Assembly (NCBI GenBank): GCA_963801275.1
Contig: CAWDEF010000001.1
Span: 281,816 to 345,815, forward strand
Direction: 5' to 3'
DNA: 64,000 nucleotides
DNA from: an uncultured Acidobacteriota bacterium
GTDB taxonomy: Bacteria > Acidobacteriota > Thermoanaerobaculia > UBA5066 > Gp7-AA6
Shown: positions 49,243 to 60,962 of the stretch, in pieces
Position numbering within the stretch: the stretch's first letter is position 1
Layout of the letters: the number at the start of each line of letters is the position of its first letter
The notes under the pieces: model-generated
What the model was told of the DNA's origin: nothing
The model's database searches: none
The model's input: only the letters and a program-made list of their open reading frames with translations
Program-made: the position numbers and the translations under genes

Positions 49243-49863
49243 ATTCCCATCGCCCGGGAAGGATGGCCCTTCCTGGCCGCCGCTCTGGCGGCCGGCGCCG
49301 TGGCACAACTGGTCGGCCAATCAACGTTGGGCGTCTTTTGCCTGCTCGTTCTTCTGTTTCTCCTCCAGTTCTTCCGGGACCCCGAGCGGTCACCCGAGGG
49401 AGGCGATGAGACGATCGTCTCCCCCGCTGACGGAACGGTGCTCTCGATCGGGTCGGCTCCCGAATCGCCCGCCGGCGCGGCACGCCGCGTCTCGATCTTC
49501 ATGTCCGTCTTCAATTGCCATGTGAACCGCTCCCCGGTTTCCGGCCGGCTGAGCCACTACGCTTACACTCCCGGCCGGAAGATGGCGGCGTTCGATGAAA
49601 AGGCCTCGACCGAGAACGAGCAGAACCGAATCACGGTTGCGGCTCCGCGGGGCAGTGTCACCTTCAAGCAAATCGCGGGAGCGCTGGCCCGCCGGATCGT
49701 CTTCTATCCGCGGCCCGGTGCCGAGCTTGCCCGGGCGGAGCGCATCGGCCTGATCAGGTTCGGCTCGCGGGTCGACCTCTTCGTGCCGGATGACTGCGAG
49801 CTGCTCGTCAAGAAGGGCGATCGGGTGCGAGCGGGCCAGAGCGCTCTGGCGCGCTGGGAGTGA
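49243..49863 (+). CDS. psd: archaeal-type (short-form) phosphatidylserine decarboxylase proenzyme; start codon uncertain
   Basis: RIPIAREGWPFLAAALAAG ... FFRDPER ... SPADGTV ... FMSVFNCHVNRSPVSG (the GS cleavage-site region). The frame is open upstream to the DUF465 stop with only ATT (49243), ATC (49249) or GTG (49291) as candidate starts. Confidence 0.7.
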   Translation: MPIAREGWPFLAAALAAGAVAQLVGQSTLGVFCLLVLLFLLQFFRDPERSPEGGDETIVSPADGTVLSIGSAPESPAGAARRVSIFMSVFNCHVNRSPVSGRLSHYAYTPGRKMAAFDEKASTENEQNRITVAAPRGSVTFKQIAGALARRIVFYPRPGAELARAERIGLIRFGSRVDLFVPDDCELLVKKGDRVRAGQSALARWE

Positions 49864-49870
49864 GCCCTTC

Positions 49871-50638
49871 GTGAAGGTCCCCTCGCGCGACCGGCTCTCC
49901 CGCGGTCTCTTCGTTCTGCCGACGCTCTTCACCGTCGGTAACCTCTTTTGTGGCTACCTCTCCATCTGGGCCTCGATTCGGGGCACGTTCGAAAGCGCTG
50001 CGGCATTGGTCATCGTTGCGGCGGTTCTCGACGCGCTCGATGGAAGAATTGCGCGTCTGACCAATTCGACCTCGGACTTCGGCGAGGAGTACGACTCGCT
50101 CGCGGACCTCGTGTCCTTCGGAGTGGCGCCCGCCGTCCTCGCCTACTCCTGGGGTCTGGCGGACTTTGGACGGGTCGGCTGGATGGCGTCGTTTCTGTTC
50201 GTCGTCTGTGGGTCGATGCGTCTGGCCCGATTCAACATTCAGACGAAAATCACCGACAAGCGCTACTTCGTCGGCCTGCCGATCCCGGCCGCCGCGGCCA
50301 CCATCGTGACCCTCGTGCTCGCCACTCCGGATCGCCTGGTGGATCGTGTATGGATGTCGGGCCTGCTCGTGCTGACGGTCGTCGTGTCCTACCTGATGAT
50401 CTCGACGATTCGCTACCGCTCGTTCAAGGACCTCGACTTGAAGCGCCGGCGTCCCGCATGGATCCTGCCGTTGATCGCGGCGGTGTTCGTCGTCATCGGC
50501 TTCGCGCCGAAGATTGCGCTGCTGACCCTGGCGCTCGCCTTCGCCGGTTCCGGACCGGTGGCCAAGATCGCCTCGGCGCTCCGCCGCAAACCGGACGAAA
50601 GCGTCCCGGCCGGGCACGAGCCGCCGGTCCGCACCTGA
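49871..50638 (+). CDS. pssA: CDP-diacylglycerol--serine O-phosphatidyltransferase (CDP-alcohol phosphatidyltransferase family)
   Basis: DALDGRIAR ... GEEYDSLADLVSFGVAP, the CDP-OH_P_transferase motif D-G-x2-A-R-x8-G-x3-D-x3-D. GTG start 8 nt after the psd stop. Confidence 0.8.
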   Translation: MKVPSRDRLSRGLFVLPTLFTVGNLFCGYLSIWASIRGTFESAAALVIVAAVLDALDGRIARLTNSTSDFGEEYDSLADLVSFGVAPAVLAYSWGLADFGRVGWMASFLFVVCGSMRLARFNIQTKITDKRYFVGLPIPAAAATIVTLVLATPDRLVDRVWMSGLLVLTVVVSYLMISTIRYRSFKDLDLKRRRPAWILPLIAAVFVVIGFAPKIALLTLALAFAGSGPVAKIASALRRKPDESVPAGHEPPVRT

Positions 50639-50662
50639 CCCGCCGGCGCCCGGGGCGGGAGA

Positions 50663-52132
50663 TCACCGCCGCCGGGGCGTCTTTCTCGCAACCGGTCTCG
50701 GAGTCGGCGTCGGCGGAGCGGGAGGCACACTCCAGTCCCCGGACAGCTCCGTGCCGGCGGCGGTCAGGACGTGCTGCCGGAATCGGCAACAGGCCTCGGG
50801 CGTCCGCCCGTAAAAAAGGATGACCGCGTCATCGATTCTTTCCTGGGGCGCGAGCAACGTTTCGTACAGTCGTACGCGGGTCGCCCGTCCGGGAGTGACG
50901 GGTCTGCCCTGGTCGTCGAAGACCTCATAGCGGTCGAAGCCGCCCAGCTGCACATCACGGATGTGCCCCGTGGGCACGTCCACCTCGACCCAGTTCGTCG
51001 TCCGAGAGACGACCGAGGCATGGGTCGACCGATTCTCGGCGGAGACGCGCAGACCGCCCGGCTCGGCCGCCACGACGACTCGCAGATCCGGCAAGAGCGG
51101 GCGCCCGTGGAGCATGTCCGTGAGCGCCGCGAGCGTGACGACCCGCTCGGCCTCCGTGGAGCCGTCCACCAACAGCAGGCGGCCCCGCACATGCCGCCTG
51201 CCGGACACGTCCGCTCCGAATCGAGACAGCAGATCGGAGATGACGGGTTGCTCGAAGGCGATCTGGTCGCCGGCCGAGAATCGGGTCCCCCCTGCCTCCA
51301 CGGCCACGGAGGGTCGGAATACGAAGCCCTCCAGGCCCTCCTGCTGGAGCGCCAGGTCGTGCCCGAAGGAGACCCCGGTGTCGTTGGCGAGGGCCCTCAG
51401 GGCCCTCTCGGTCACGGCGCCCCGCGGTGTTCCCGAGGCATCGGTCCACGTGCCCCGCGCGACCGGGATGTATCCGGCCCACCAGGGCTTGCCCAGGGCG
51501 TCCGTGGCGACCGGATCGGCATGGGCGCCGGCCCCGAAGACGAACGCTACGAAACCGTCGGCCGCGGCCAGAGCCTGCGAGAGTTCCTCGCGATCCTTCT
51601 CGGCGACAGAGATCCTGAGAGAGCAGGTCAGGAAGAGGTCGGGAGGCAGCTTCGCCCGCAACGTCGAGATGAGCGCCCCGAAGTTGTCCGCGGTCTCCCC
51701 GGGGAAAGGAAAATCCAGATGCACGCCTTCGATCCGTCCGAGACCTGGCTGCCGGGCCCTCAGACGCTTGAGCGCCACGGCGATCGCGTCCGCGGGGGCG
51801 CCCTCGGAGTCGGGAAGCAGCGCTCGCGCCGCCTCGGCATCTCCTTGTACGACGAGAACGATCGGCAGGTCGGGCACGGGACCGGAGGGAAGCGGAAGTT
51901 CCACGGCGCGCCATGCTCCCGGCATTCGCGTCAGACGCAGTACGGGAAGGAAGATATGGGCGAAGCCGCGACGTGCCAGAATCTGGGTGGTCTCTCTCGT
52001 ATCGGCGCTCGCGCCCTCCGCGAGCCAGATTGCATCCCCCGACGGAACCGGCGGGCCGTGCACCGCTCTCTCGCGTCGGCAGCCGAAGGCGGCCGCCGCC
52101 AGAAGGAGAACGACACCTCCCTTTCGGGTCAC
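50663..52132 (-). CDS. hypothetical exported lipoprotein (489 aa), translationally coupled to the upstream sensor kinase
   Basis: GTG at 52132 overlaps the kinase stop (GTGA). Signal plus lipobox-like LLLAAAAFGC. The Arg-rich N-terminal extension of ORF 50663-52729 is shadow sequence. Confidence 0.6.
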   Translation of the reverse strand: MTRKGGVVLLLAAAAFGCRRERAVHGPPVPSGDAIWLAEGASADTRETTQILARRGFAHIFLPVLRLTRMPGAWRAVELPLPSGPVPDLPIVLVVQGDAEAARALLPDSEGAPADAIAVALKRLRARQPGLGRIEGVHLDFPFPGETADNFGALISTLRAKLPPDLFLTCSLRISVAEKDREELSQALAAADGFVAFVFGAGAHADPVATDALGKPWWAGYIPVARGTWTDASGTPRGAVTERALRALANDTGVSFGHDLALQQEGLEGFVFRPSVAVEAGGTRFSAGDQIAFEQPVISDLLSRFGADVSGRRHVRGRLLLVDGSTEAERVVTLAALTDMLHGRPLLPDLRVVVAAEPGGLRVSAENRSTHASVVSRTTNWVEVDVPTGHIRDVQLGGFDRYEVFDDQGRPVTPGRATRVRLYETLLAPQERIDDAVILFYGRTPEACCRFRQHVLTAAGTELSGDWSVPPAPPTPTPRPVARKTPRRR

Positions 52133-55100
52133 GATGGAGCGCTCCCCTCCTTCTCGTCCGGAGCCGTGTCCGCCGACGGCAGCTCGAATGTCACGCGAAG
52201 CCCTCCCTCCCGCCGATTCTCCGCCGAAATGGACCCGCCGTGCTCCTCGATGATCTTCTTGACGATCGCGAGCCCCAGACCCGTGCCGCCGCTGCGCGCG
52301 GAGAAATAGGGCTCGAAGAGTCGCGACAGCAGCTCCGGGGGCACACCGGGACCATCGTCCTCCACGGTGCTTCGGACGCTTCCGTCCACCCGAGCTACGC
52401 GCAGCGCGATCTCTCCCCCGGCGGCGCCGAGCGCTTCGACCGCGTTTCCGATCAGATTGGAATACACGCGGGCGATCAGACGCGGATCGGCCTCGGCGAC
52501 CGCGCCGGGCTCTGCGCGGATGGACCAGCGGATCCGCGGTGCGCCCGCGAACGCGGCGGCCGATTCCTTCAGAACGGCAGCGACGTCCACCGGTCGCTTC
52601 TCCGGACCCGGAAGGCGCGAGTAGTCGGAGAATTCTGCGGCCGACCGACGCAGCTCTTCGGTCTGGCGCAGCACGTTTGCGACGCACTCCTCGAGAACGC
52701 GCTCGAAGTCTGGCCCGCCGCGCCGCCACACCTCGCGGAGGTGTTCGACGGAGAGGCGAATCGGCGTCAGGGGGTTCTTGATCTCATGGGCGATGATCCG
52801 CGCCATCTCGGCCCAGGCCGCCAGGCGGTTCGACCGCACGACGTCCGACACGTCCTCGATGACGGCCATGCGGCCGCCCTCGGTGGCCAGGGGTAGGGGC
52901 ACCGACACGATCCGCCAGCGCTCACCCGGCCGCGGCTCGACTTCGGCGGTCAGCAGCCGCTGCGGAGATTCGCGGAGAACGGCGCGAACCGCCCGCATGG
53001 CATCGCCCGGAAAGAGCTCTTCGACGGTCTCTCCGCCCGCCCGGCCGCCTCCAAGCGCCGCGGCGGCCGGGTTGGCGAGCAGCACCCGTCCCCCCTCCTC
53101 GAGGGCTACGACCCCCGCGGTCAAGTGGGAGAGCAGAGTCGCCAGCCGCTCCTTCTCGCGCGAAACCGCCCGCGTCTGCGCCTCGAGGCTTCGCGACATC
53201 GAAAGAAAGGCGTGGACCAGCTCCTTCAACTCCTCGTCGGGCGGCTCGCCCAGCCGCGGAGAGAAGTCGCCCGCGGCGACCGCGCGGGTCCCCTCCACCA
53301 GATCGGCGACGGGACTCGCCACGCGAACCGCCAGCCGCCCTGCCACGGCCGCGGACAGAAGGAACACGATGACGCTGAACGCCCAGACGGCCGCCGTCAG
53401 TTGTGAGGCCTCGGCGGCGGCGACCTCCTGCTGCGGAAGCAGCAGGAGCGAGAGCAGCCCCGGGCTCGTCAGGCCGGGCACACCCGGAAGCGCCGCGAGG
53501 GCCGTGGCAATCTCCTCGAACCGGCTGCCGGCGACGCGCCGGGACCCCTCCTGCTGCCGCGCGCCGGAGAGCCCGACCGAGAGGTAGATCGAAGCGGCGG
53601 CCCGATCGGGAACCAGCCCGGCGACATAAAGATCGCGCCGAGAGGTCGCGATGAGTCCACCGGTCGGCCCATAGACGGAGAGATCGTAGCCGACGGCATT
53701 CGCGAGCCAGGCGATCAACGTGTCGTCGAGCAGACCTAGGCGCCCCCTTGCCGCTCCGGCGGAGGGAAGGTAATCGTCCAGGACCCGCCGCGCGGTACCC
53801 AAGGCGGTCCGGGCATGATCCACCGTCTCCTTCTGAGAGCGCGATTCGATCTGTGCCCGAAGAAAGAACGTCACGGCGAAAAGGGGGACGAGAACGCCCA
53901 GCACGAAAAGGGCGATGAGCCGGCCGCGGAAGGTCCTGGCCCAGCCTGGCAGGAGTCCCTCGCGCGGGTTCCGGGCGACGACTCGCAGCAGCAGGAGCGC
54001 CGTGCCGGCGAAATAGACGATCACGATGCCCGGGATCAGAAGCGCCGCCGTCAGGAGACGCCCGAACCCACCGGGCAGCGGAATCCCGACCAGCAGATAC
54101 CCGTCGCGCACGGGCCGGACCTCACCGCACACGTCCTCCCCCCGGAACGAAAAGCGCGCGACGACCGGCACCGTCCCGCGCCGCAGTGTCGCGAGCAGGG
54201 CCGGTCCGAGAGGAGGTCCCTCGTCGCGCCCCTCGCCGTCCATCGCGTAACGGGCGAGCAGGGGCCTCGTCAGCGGCGCCGCCGGGAGACCCGTCTCCTC
54301 CCGGGGACCGAGAACGAGCCGGCGATAGACGCCGATGCGCGGGGGCAACGGATCCCAGCTCGGCCAATCGGCAACGTCGATCCGCGCCGAGCCCCAGACG
54401 CGGCTTCCCGACCGGAGCGCGATGCGGCGCTTGACCACGGCCACCCGAAAACGGTCGATCCGGATCTGCGAGGCCTGCTCTTCGAGCGGAATCTCCGGCT
54501 CGGGAAGCAGCGAAAAGCGGCTTCGGGACCGGCCCAGGAGGTCGACGATGTCGTAGGAGATCAGGGCCTTGCCTTCAAAACCCCGCGCCCCGTCCTGCCA
54601 GATGCGATAGGCGAGGTCCGAGAGGTCGGTTTCCTCGGGGGGCGCCGGCAGATCCCGGGTGAGATCGAACTGTTCGATCCGGCTCGCCGCCCTCTGTGCC
54701 GCCGCCACCGCGCCGGTGGATGGCCGCTCGGGATCGGGAAGGCGAAGGATGGAGGCGATGCGGAAAGCCTCGACGACGCGGGAGTGTTCGCGAAGCGGCG
54801 AGACGATCAGCACCAGAACGAGGCCGGCTCCCGCGAGCAGACGCGGAAGAACGAAGGGTTCCTCTCCCCGCGGCCCGACGGCCCGCGCCCACAGCTCGAA
54901 GGCCACGACCACGAGGAGAAACACGCCGGAAGGGATCGCCGGGTTCTGGGACATCAGCGCCAGGCTTCCGACGATGCCGAGCGTCGTGAAGGTCACCGCG
55001 AGCATCAGGGAACGCTGGGCGGCGCGCGGGGGGCGGGTTCCCTGGGCACGCAGCGCCAGGGCCGACACGACGAGTGCGATCAGGCCGGCCAGCTCGCGGA

Positions 55101-56088
55101 GCGTGCTCCAGCCCGCCAGCCCGACGGCCGCGAGCTCCGGCGGCTGGATCCGCGCCGCGGCGAGGAAGGAGACGATCAGGAGTCCGTAACCCGCGGCGGT
55201 TCGAACCGGACCATCGGCAGACCCCGTGCGGCCCCGGCGCAAGCCGGTCAGAGCGACCGGAACGGCCGCCGCACCAACCGCCAGAGGCCAGACCGTCGGA
55301 GAGGCCAGGGCGCGCGGGACGCTGCTCGCGGAAACGGCGAGGGCGAGGTAGAGAAAGGCGGAAGCGGCTGCCGCGCCCGGCGTGTCGCGAGATCGAACGA
55401 ACGCCGCAGCGGCGAGCAGGACGAGACCGGCCAGCAGGAACCGCCTCCCCGCGGTCGGTCGCGCGGGCGGCGCCGGAACGGCGCCGACGAGCGCGGGACC
55501 GTCTCGAAAAAGGACCGAAACGTCGGCCCGCGAAACCGGTCTCCATGCCGACTCCCGTCCTCGCAGCCCGAGAGACTCGCCGAAATCGGGGGCGCGAACC
55601 GGAAAGACCCGCGCCGCGGCGACGAGGCCAGCCTGGGCTCCGGCGCCCACCGTGCGCCGGTACACGAGCGTGAGGGTCGTCGCCGACCAGAGAGCCGAGA
55701 AGCCGTCGGCAGCCACTAGGCTCGGAACCGGAGAAGGCGCTTCGCCCCACCAGGCGTGCACGTTGCCGAAGGCGTCGGTCAGCGCGATCCAGCAACCGGA
55801 GGGCGCCCGCTCCACCGCCTGCCTCGCCGCCGTGAAGAGAGCTGGCCGGTCCACGACGACCCCGCCTCCCTGCAGAAACCGCGCGACCTCCGGCCGGGCG
55901 GAAAAGGACGTCGCCCGCTCCTCCAGATCGCGCGCCGCCCGGGAGAAGGCCTCGGCCATCTCGCGCGGGGAGCCGGTACCCGGCTCAGGCGATCGCGGCA
56001 CCAGAAACCAGCCGTCCAGCCACAGGAGAAGGAGCAGTCCGCCCAGCGCCGTGGCGGCCCGCCTCCACCGGTTCACGGGCGCGAGCAC
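52129..56088 (-). CDS. large polytopic sensor histidine kinase, NtrY-like (multi-TM, HAMP, PAS, HisKA, HATPase_c)
   Basis: H-box HEIKNPLTPI; N/G boxes (NLIGNAVEA, DDGPGVP, GGTGLGLAIVKKIIEEHGG). HAMP and PAS upstream. More than 10 TM helices with two large extracytoplasmic loops. Confidence 0.8.
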   Translation of the reverse strand: MLAPVNRWRRAATALGGLLLLLWLDGWFLVPRSPEPGTGSPREMAEAFSRAARDLEERATSFSARPEVARFLQGGGVVVDRPALFTAARQAVERAPSGCWIALTDAFGNVHAWWGEAPSPVPSLVAADGFSALWSATTLTLVYRRTVGAGAQAGLVAAARVFPVRAPDFGESLGLRGRESAWRPVSRADVSVLFRDGPALVGAVPAPPARPTAGRRFLLAGLVLLAAAAFVRSRDTPGAAAASAFLYLALAVSASSVPRALASPTVWPLAVGAAAVPVALTGLRRGRTGSADGPVRTAAGYGLLIVSFLAAARIQPPELAAVGLAGWSTLRELAGLIALVVSALALRAQGTRPPRAAQRSLMLAVTFTTLGIVGSLALMSQNPAIPSGVFLLVVVAFELWARAVGPRGEEPFVLPRLLAGAGLVLVLIVSPLREHSRVVEAFRIASILRLPDPERPSTGAVAAAQRAASRIEQFDLTRDLPAPPEETDLSDLAYRIWQDGARGFEGKALISYDIVDLLGRSRSRFSLLPEPEIPLEEQASQIRIDRFRVAVVKRRIALRSGSRVWGSARIDVADWPSWDPLPPRIGVYRRLVLGPREETGLPAAPLTRPLLARYAMDGEGRDEGPPLGPALLATLRRGTVPVVARFSFRGEDVCGEVRPVRDGYLLVGIPLPGGFGRLLTAALLIPGIVIVYFAGTALLLLRVVARNPREGLLPGWARTFRGRLIALFVLGVLVPLFAVTFFLRAQIESRSQKETVDHARTALGTARRVLDDYLPSAGAARGRLGLLDDTLIAWLANAVGYDLSVYGPTGGLIATSRRDLYVAGLVPDRAAASIYLSVGLSGARQQEGSRRVAGSRFEEIATALAALPGVPGLTSPGLLSLLLLPQQEVAAAEASQLTAAVWAFSVIVFLLSAAVAGRLAVRVASPVADLVEGTRAVAAGDFSPRLGEPPDEELKELVHAFLSMSRSLEAQTRAVSREKERLATLLSHLTAGVVALEEGGRVLLANPAAAALGGGRAGGETVEELFPGDAMRAVRAVLRESPQRLLTAEVEPRPGERWRIVSVPLPLATEGGRMAVIEDVSDVVRSNRLAAWAEMARIIAHEIKNPLTPIRLSVEHLREVWRRGGPDFERVLEECVANVLRQTEELRRSAAEFSDYSRLPGPEKRPVDVAAVLKESAAAFAGAPRIRWSIRAEPGAVAEADPRLIARVYSNLIGNAVEALGAAGGEIALRVARVDGSVRSTVEDDGPGVPPELLSRLFEPYFSARSGGTGLGLAIVKKIIEEHGGSISAENRREGGLRVTFELPSADTAPDEKEGSAPS

Positions 56089-56104
56089 ATCCTCCGGCGC
56101 GCTC

Positions 56105-57772
<1,668 letters not shown>

Positions 57773-57802
57773 GGCGAGAGTATAGCCGGTCGTTTCGCGC
57801 CG

Positions 57803-59320
57803 CTAGCCGAGGGACGCGACGGCTTCGAGGAAGGCAGGCTCGGAGAGAAACCGCCGGGCCGCCTCGAGGTCGGGCGCGAGACGTCGGTCTTCCTTCCAAG
57901 GCCGGACACGGCGGCGGAAGGCCCTCCGCACGCGCTCGAGGGGCGCGGAAGTCGCCAGAGGCCTCAGGAATTCCATCGCCTGGAATGCGGCGAGCAATTC
58001 GATCGCGAGCACCCACTCGAGGTTCTCGACGGTCGCGGAGAGCTTGCGTGCCGCGATCGGCGACATCGAAACGTGGTCCTCCTTGTCGGCCGAGGTCGGA
58101 ATCGAGTCGACGGACGCCGGGTGCGCGAGCGTCTTGCACTCCGAAACGAGGGCGGCGGCCGTGACCTGCGCCAGCATGAGCCCCGAGTTGAGGCCTCCCC
58201 TCGCCACCAGAAACGCGGGCAGCTCCGAGGAGGCCGGGTTCATCAGTTTCTCGATCCGACGCTCGGAAATGGAAGCCAGGTCCGCCGCTGCGATCGCAGC
58301 GTAGTCGAGGACGAGGCCCACGGGGGCTCCGTGAAAGTTCCCTCCCGAGACGATGTCACCCCGCCCGGGAAACACCATCGGATTGTCGGTGGCGCTGTTC
58401 ATCTCTCGCTCGAGGACCTCGCGCGCGTGGGCGAAGGCGTCCCGGGCCGCTCCGTGAACCTGGGGCATGCACCGCAAGGCATAGTTGTCCTGGACGCGGC
58501 CGCAGCCACGGTGCGACTCGCGGATGGCGCTTCCGGCGAGGAGCCGGCGCAGGTTGGCCGCGGAAGCGATGGCCCCCGGGTGGGGCCGGGCCTCGACCAC
58601 GCGCCGGTCGAAGGCTGCATCGGAGCCCCGGGCCGCGTCGAGTGTCGCCGCTCCGCAGACGTCCGCGGCCGCCGCCAGAAAGATCGCGCGCTCGAGAGCC
58701 AAGCCTCCCACCGCAACACTCATCTGAACCCCGTTGATGAGGGCGAGTCCTTCCTTTGCGCCGAGAACCACCGGCCGGATGCGTGCCGCCGCCAGAGCGC
58801 GCCGCGCCCCGACCCGGCGGCCCCGCCGGCGGACCTCGCCTTCGCCCATCAGGCCGAGCGTCAGGTGTGCCAGCGGAGCCAGATCGCCGGAGGCGCCGAC
58901 ACTGCCCTTCTCCGGGATGATCGGCAGAAGGTCCGCGGCGAGCATCGCGAGCAGAGTCTCGACAGTCTCGACGCGAACGCCGGAGCATCCGCGGGCGAGC
59001 GCGTTGGCCCGAAGCGCCATCATGGCGCGCACGATGCCGTCCGAAAGAGCCTCGCCTACCCCGGCCGTGTGGCTGCGAATCAGGTTCCGCTGGAGGGTTT
59101 CGATCTCCCCGATCGAGATCGCCACGTCGGCGAACTTGCCGAATCCCGTCGTCAGCCCGTAGACGCGCTGTTTGCGCCGGACCGCCCGCTCCACGACGCG
59201 CCGCGAAGCACGGATCGCGCGGCGGGCGGACGGCGCGAGAGTCACCCGGGCCCGCCGGTCTGCCACGGCGCGCAGGTCCGCCAGGGTCAAGTCTTTCCCC
59301 GTGAGCCGGAGGATTCGCAT
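57803..59320 (-). CDS. hutH: histidine ammonia-lyase
   Basis: ATG at 59320; MIO-forming ASG motif (GSVGASGDLAPLAHL); YGLTTGFG. Confidence 0.9.
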   Translation of the reverse strand: MRILRLTGKDLTLADLRAVADRRARVTLAPSARRAIRASRRVVERAVRRKQRVYGLTTGFGKFADVAISIGEIETLQRNLIRSHTAGVGEALSDGIVRAMMALRANALARGCSGVRVETVETLLAMLAADLLPIIPEKGSVGASGDLAPLAHLTLGLMGEGEVRRRGRRVGARRALAAARIRPVVLGAKEGLALINGVQMSVAVGGLALERAIFLAAAADVCGAATLDAARGSDAAFDRRVVEARPHPGAIASAANLRRLLAGSAIRESHRGCGRVQDNYALRCMPQVHGAARDAFAHAREVLEREMNSATDNPMVFPGRGDIVSGGNFHGAPVGLVLDYAAIAAADLASISERRIEKLMNPASSELPAFLVARGGLNSGLMLAQVTAAALVSECKTLAHPASVDSIPTSADKEDHVSMSPIAARKLSATVENLEWVLAIELLAAFQAMEFLRPLATSAPLERVRRAFRRRVRPWKEDRRLAPDLEAARRFLSEPAFLEAVASLG

Positions 59321-59414
59321 GGGGCAGAATTCTAGCCGCAACGCGCGTCCGCGAAGCTGAAAGGAGCCTCCGAATCTGTTACGCTGCGGCGCTTTTTTTG
59401 GAGGACGCGACCCC

Positions 59415-60725
59415 GTGAGAGTTGCGGCGGTGCTGGGCGGGCAGTGGGGAGACGAGGGCAAGGGCAAAATCGTCGATCTGCTCGCCGATCGCTTCGATGT
59501 CGTCGCGCGGTACCACGGCGGCCACAACGCGGGCCACACGGTCAAGTTCGGAGACCGCCACTTCGCGCTCCATCTGCTGCCGGCCGGAATCGTCCGGGGT
59601 CGAACCGGTGTCATCGGTCCCGGTGTCGTCGTCGATCCCGATGCCTTAATTTCCGAGATCGAGGGCCTGCGAGGTGAGGGGATCGCGATCGGTTCGAACC
59701 TGCTCCTCTCCGACCGCGCGCACGTCATTCTTCCGTATCACCGCTTGCTCGACGCGGCCCGCGAGGCCGCCGCGGGCGAATCGAAGATCGGGACGACGCT
59801 GCGCGGCATCGGTCCGGCCTACGAATCGGTCGCCTCCCGGAAGGGAGTCCGTGTCTGCGAGCTCTACCGGAGCGCGACCCTGCGAGAGCGTGTCGGAAAC
59901 CTCGCCGCGGAGGTCGGGTCGCTCGCCCGCGCGCTCGGCCAGGACACCGCTCCAGACGCGGCCGACGTGGTCGCCGCCCTCGAGCGCGCGTCGGAGAAGC
60001 TCGCGCCGCACGTCGCGGATACCGGGCGCTACCTGCGCGACCACCTGAAAGCGGGCGGGACGCTCCTCGCCGAGGGCGCCCACGGCGCGATGCTCGACGT
60101 CTCCGCGGGCACATATCCCTTCGTGACGTCTTCGCACTGCACCTCGGCCGCCGTCGCCGCGGGCCTCCAGATCTCTCCGCGCGTACTCGACGTGGCGCTA
60201 GTCGTCTTGAAGGCCTACACGACCCGCGTCGGCGGCGGACCCTTTCCGACCGAGCTGTCGGACTCGACCGGGGAACACCTGCGCGCGCGCGGGAACGAAT
60301 TCGGAACTTCGACGGGGAGGCCCCGCCGGACGGGCTGGTTCGACGCCGTGGTGGCCCGATCCGCCGTGGAGCTCTCGGGGGCCGACGCCGCCGCCATCAC
60401 CAAGCTCGACGTGCTGGATGAGCTTTCCGAGATCCCGGTCTGCGTCGCCTACCGCCTCGATGGCAAGAGGCTGGACGACGTCCCGCCGCTCGTCGAGGAC
60501 ACCGCCCGTCTCGAGCCTGTCTACGAGACACGGCCCGGATGGAAGTCGCGGACCACGGGAGTTACACGCTACGAGGATCTGCCGGTCGCCGCGCGCGACT
60601 ACGTGCGCTTCCTCGAGGAGCGCGTCGGCGCGCCGGCCGTCTTTCTCTCGACGGGCCCTCGGCGGGAGGAGACCATCTGGAGGCCGGAGTCGGCGTTCGT
60701 TGCCGGCCTGCCGCCAGGCCCCTGA
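59415..60725 (+). CDS. purA: adenylosuccinate synthetase
   Basis: GGQWGDEGKGKIVD P-loop, GHNAGHT, TTLRGIGPAY. GTG start. Confidence 0.9.
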   Translation: MRVAAVLGGQWGDEGKGKIVDLLADRFDVVARYHGGHNAGHTVKFGDRHFALHLLPAGIVRGRTGVIGPGVVVDPDALISEIEGLRGEGIAIGSNLLLSDRAHVILPYHRLLDAAREAAAGESKIGTTLRGIGPAYESVASRKGVRVCELYRSATLRERVGNLAAEVGSLARALGQDTAPDAADVVAALERASEKLAPHVADTGRYLRDHLKAGGTLLAEGAHGAMLDVSAGTYPFVTSSHCTSAAVAAGLQISPRVLDVALVVLKAYTTRVGGGPFPTELSDSTGEHLRARGNEFGTSTGRPRRTGWFDAVVARSAVELSGADAAAITKLDVLDELSEIPVCVAYRLDGKRLDDVPPLVEDTARLEPVYETRPGWKSRTTGVTRYEDLPVAARDYVRFLEERVGAPAVFLSTGPRREETIWRPESAFVAGLPPGP

Positions 60726-60765
60726 CCCCCTGGCGAGGGCCGCCGTATACTTTCCCTTTTCCGGC

Positions 60766-60841
60766 GGGCCGTTAGCTCAGCCGGTAGAGCATCGGCCTTT
60801 TAAGCCGGTGGTCGTGGGTTCGAGTCCCACACGGCCCACCA
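60766..60841 (+). tRNA. tRNA-Lys (anticodon UUU)
   Basis: GGGCCGT TA GCTC AGCCGGTAGAGC ATCGG CCTTTTAAGCCGG TGGTC GTGGG TTCGAGT CCCAC ACGGCCC A CCA. 7-bp acceptor stem; anticodon loop CTTTTAA; encoded CCA. Confidence 0.85.
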
Positions 60842-60962
60842 AAGTGCCACGCCGGTCCAGGTCCCGCGGCGCAATGTCGGAGACAGGCGTCGTGTCGATT
60901 AGAATTACTTTGACTCGGGGACGATTGCCTACCAATCAACGGAGAATGCCGTTCGCTTCCCA

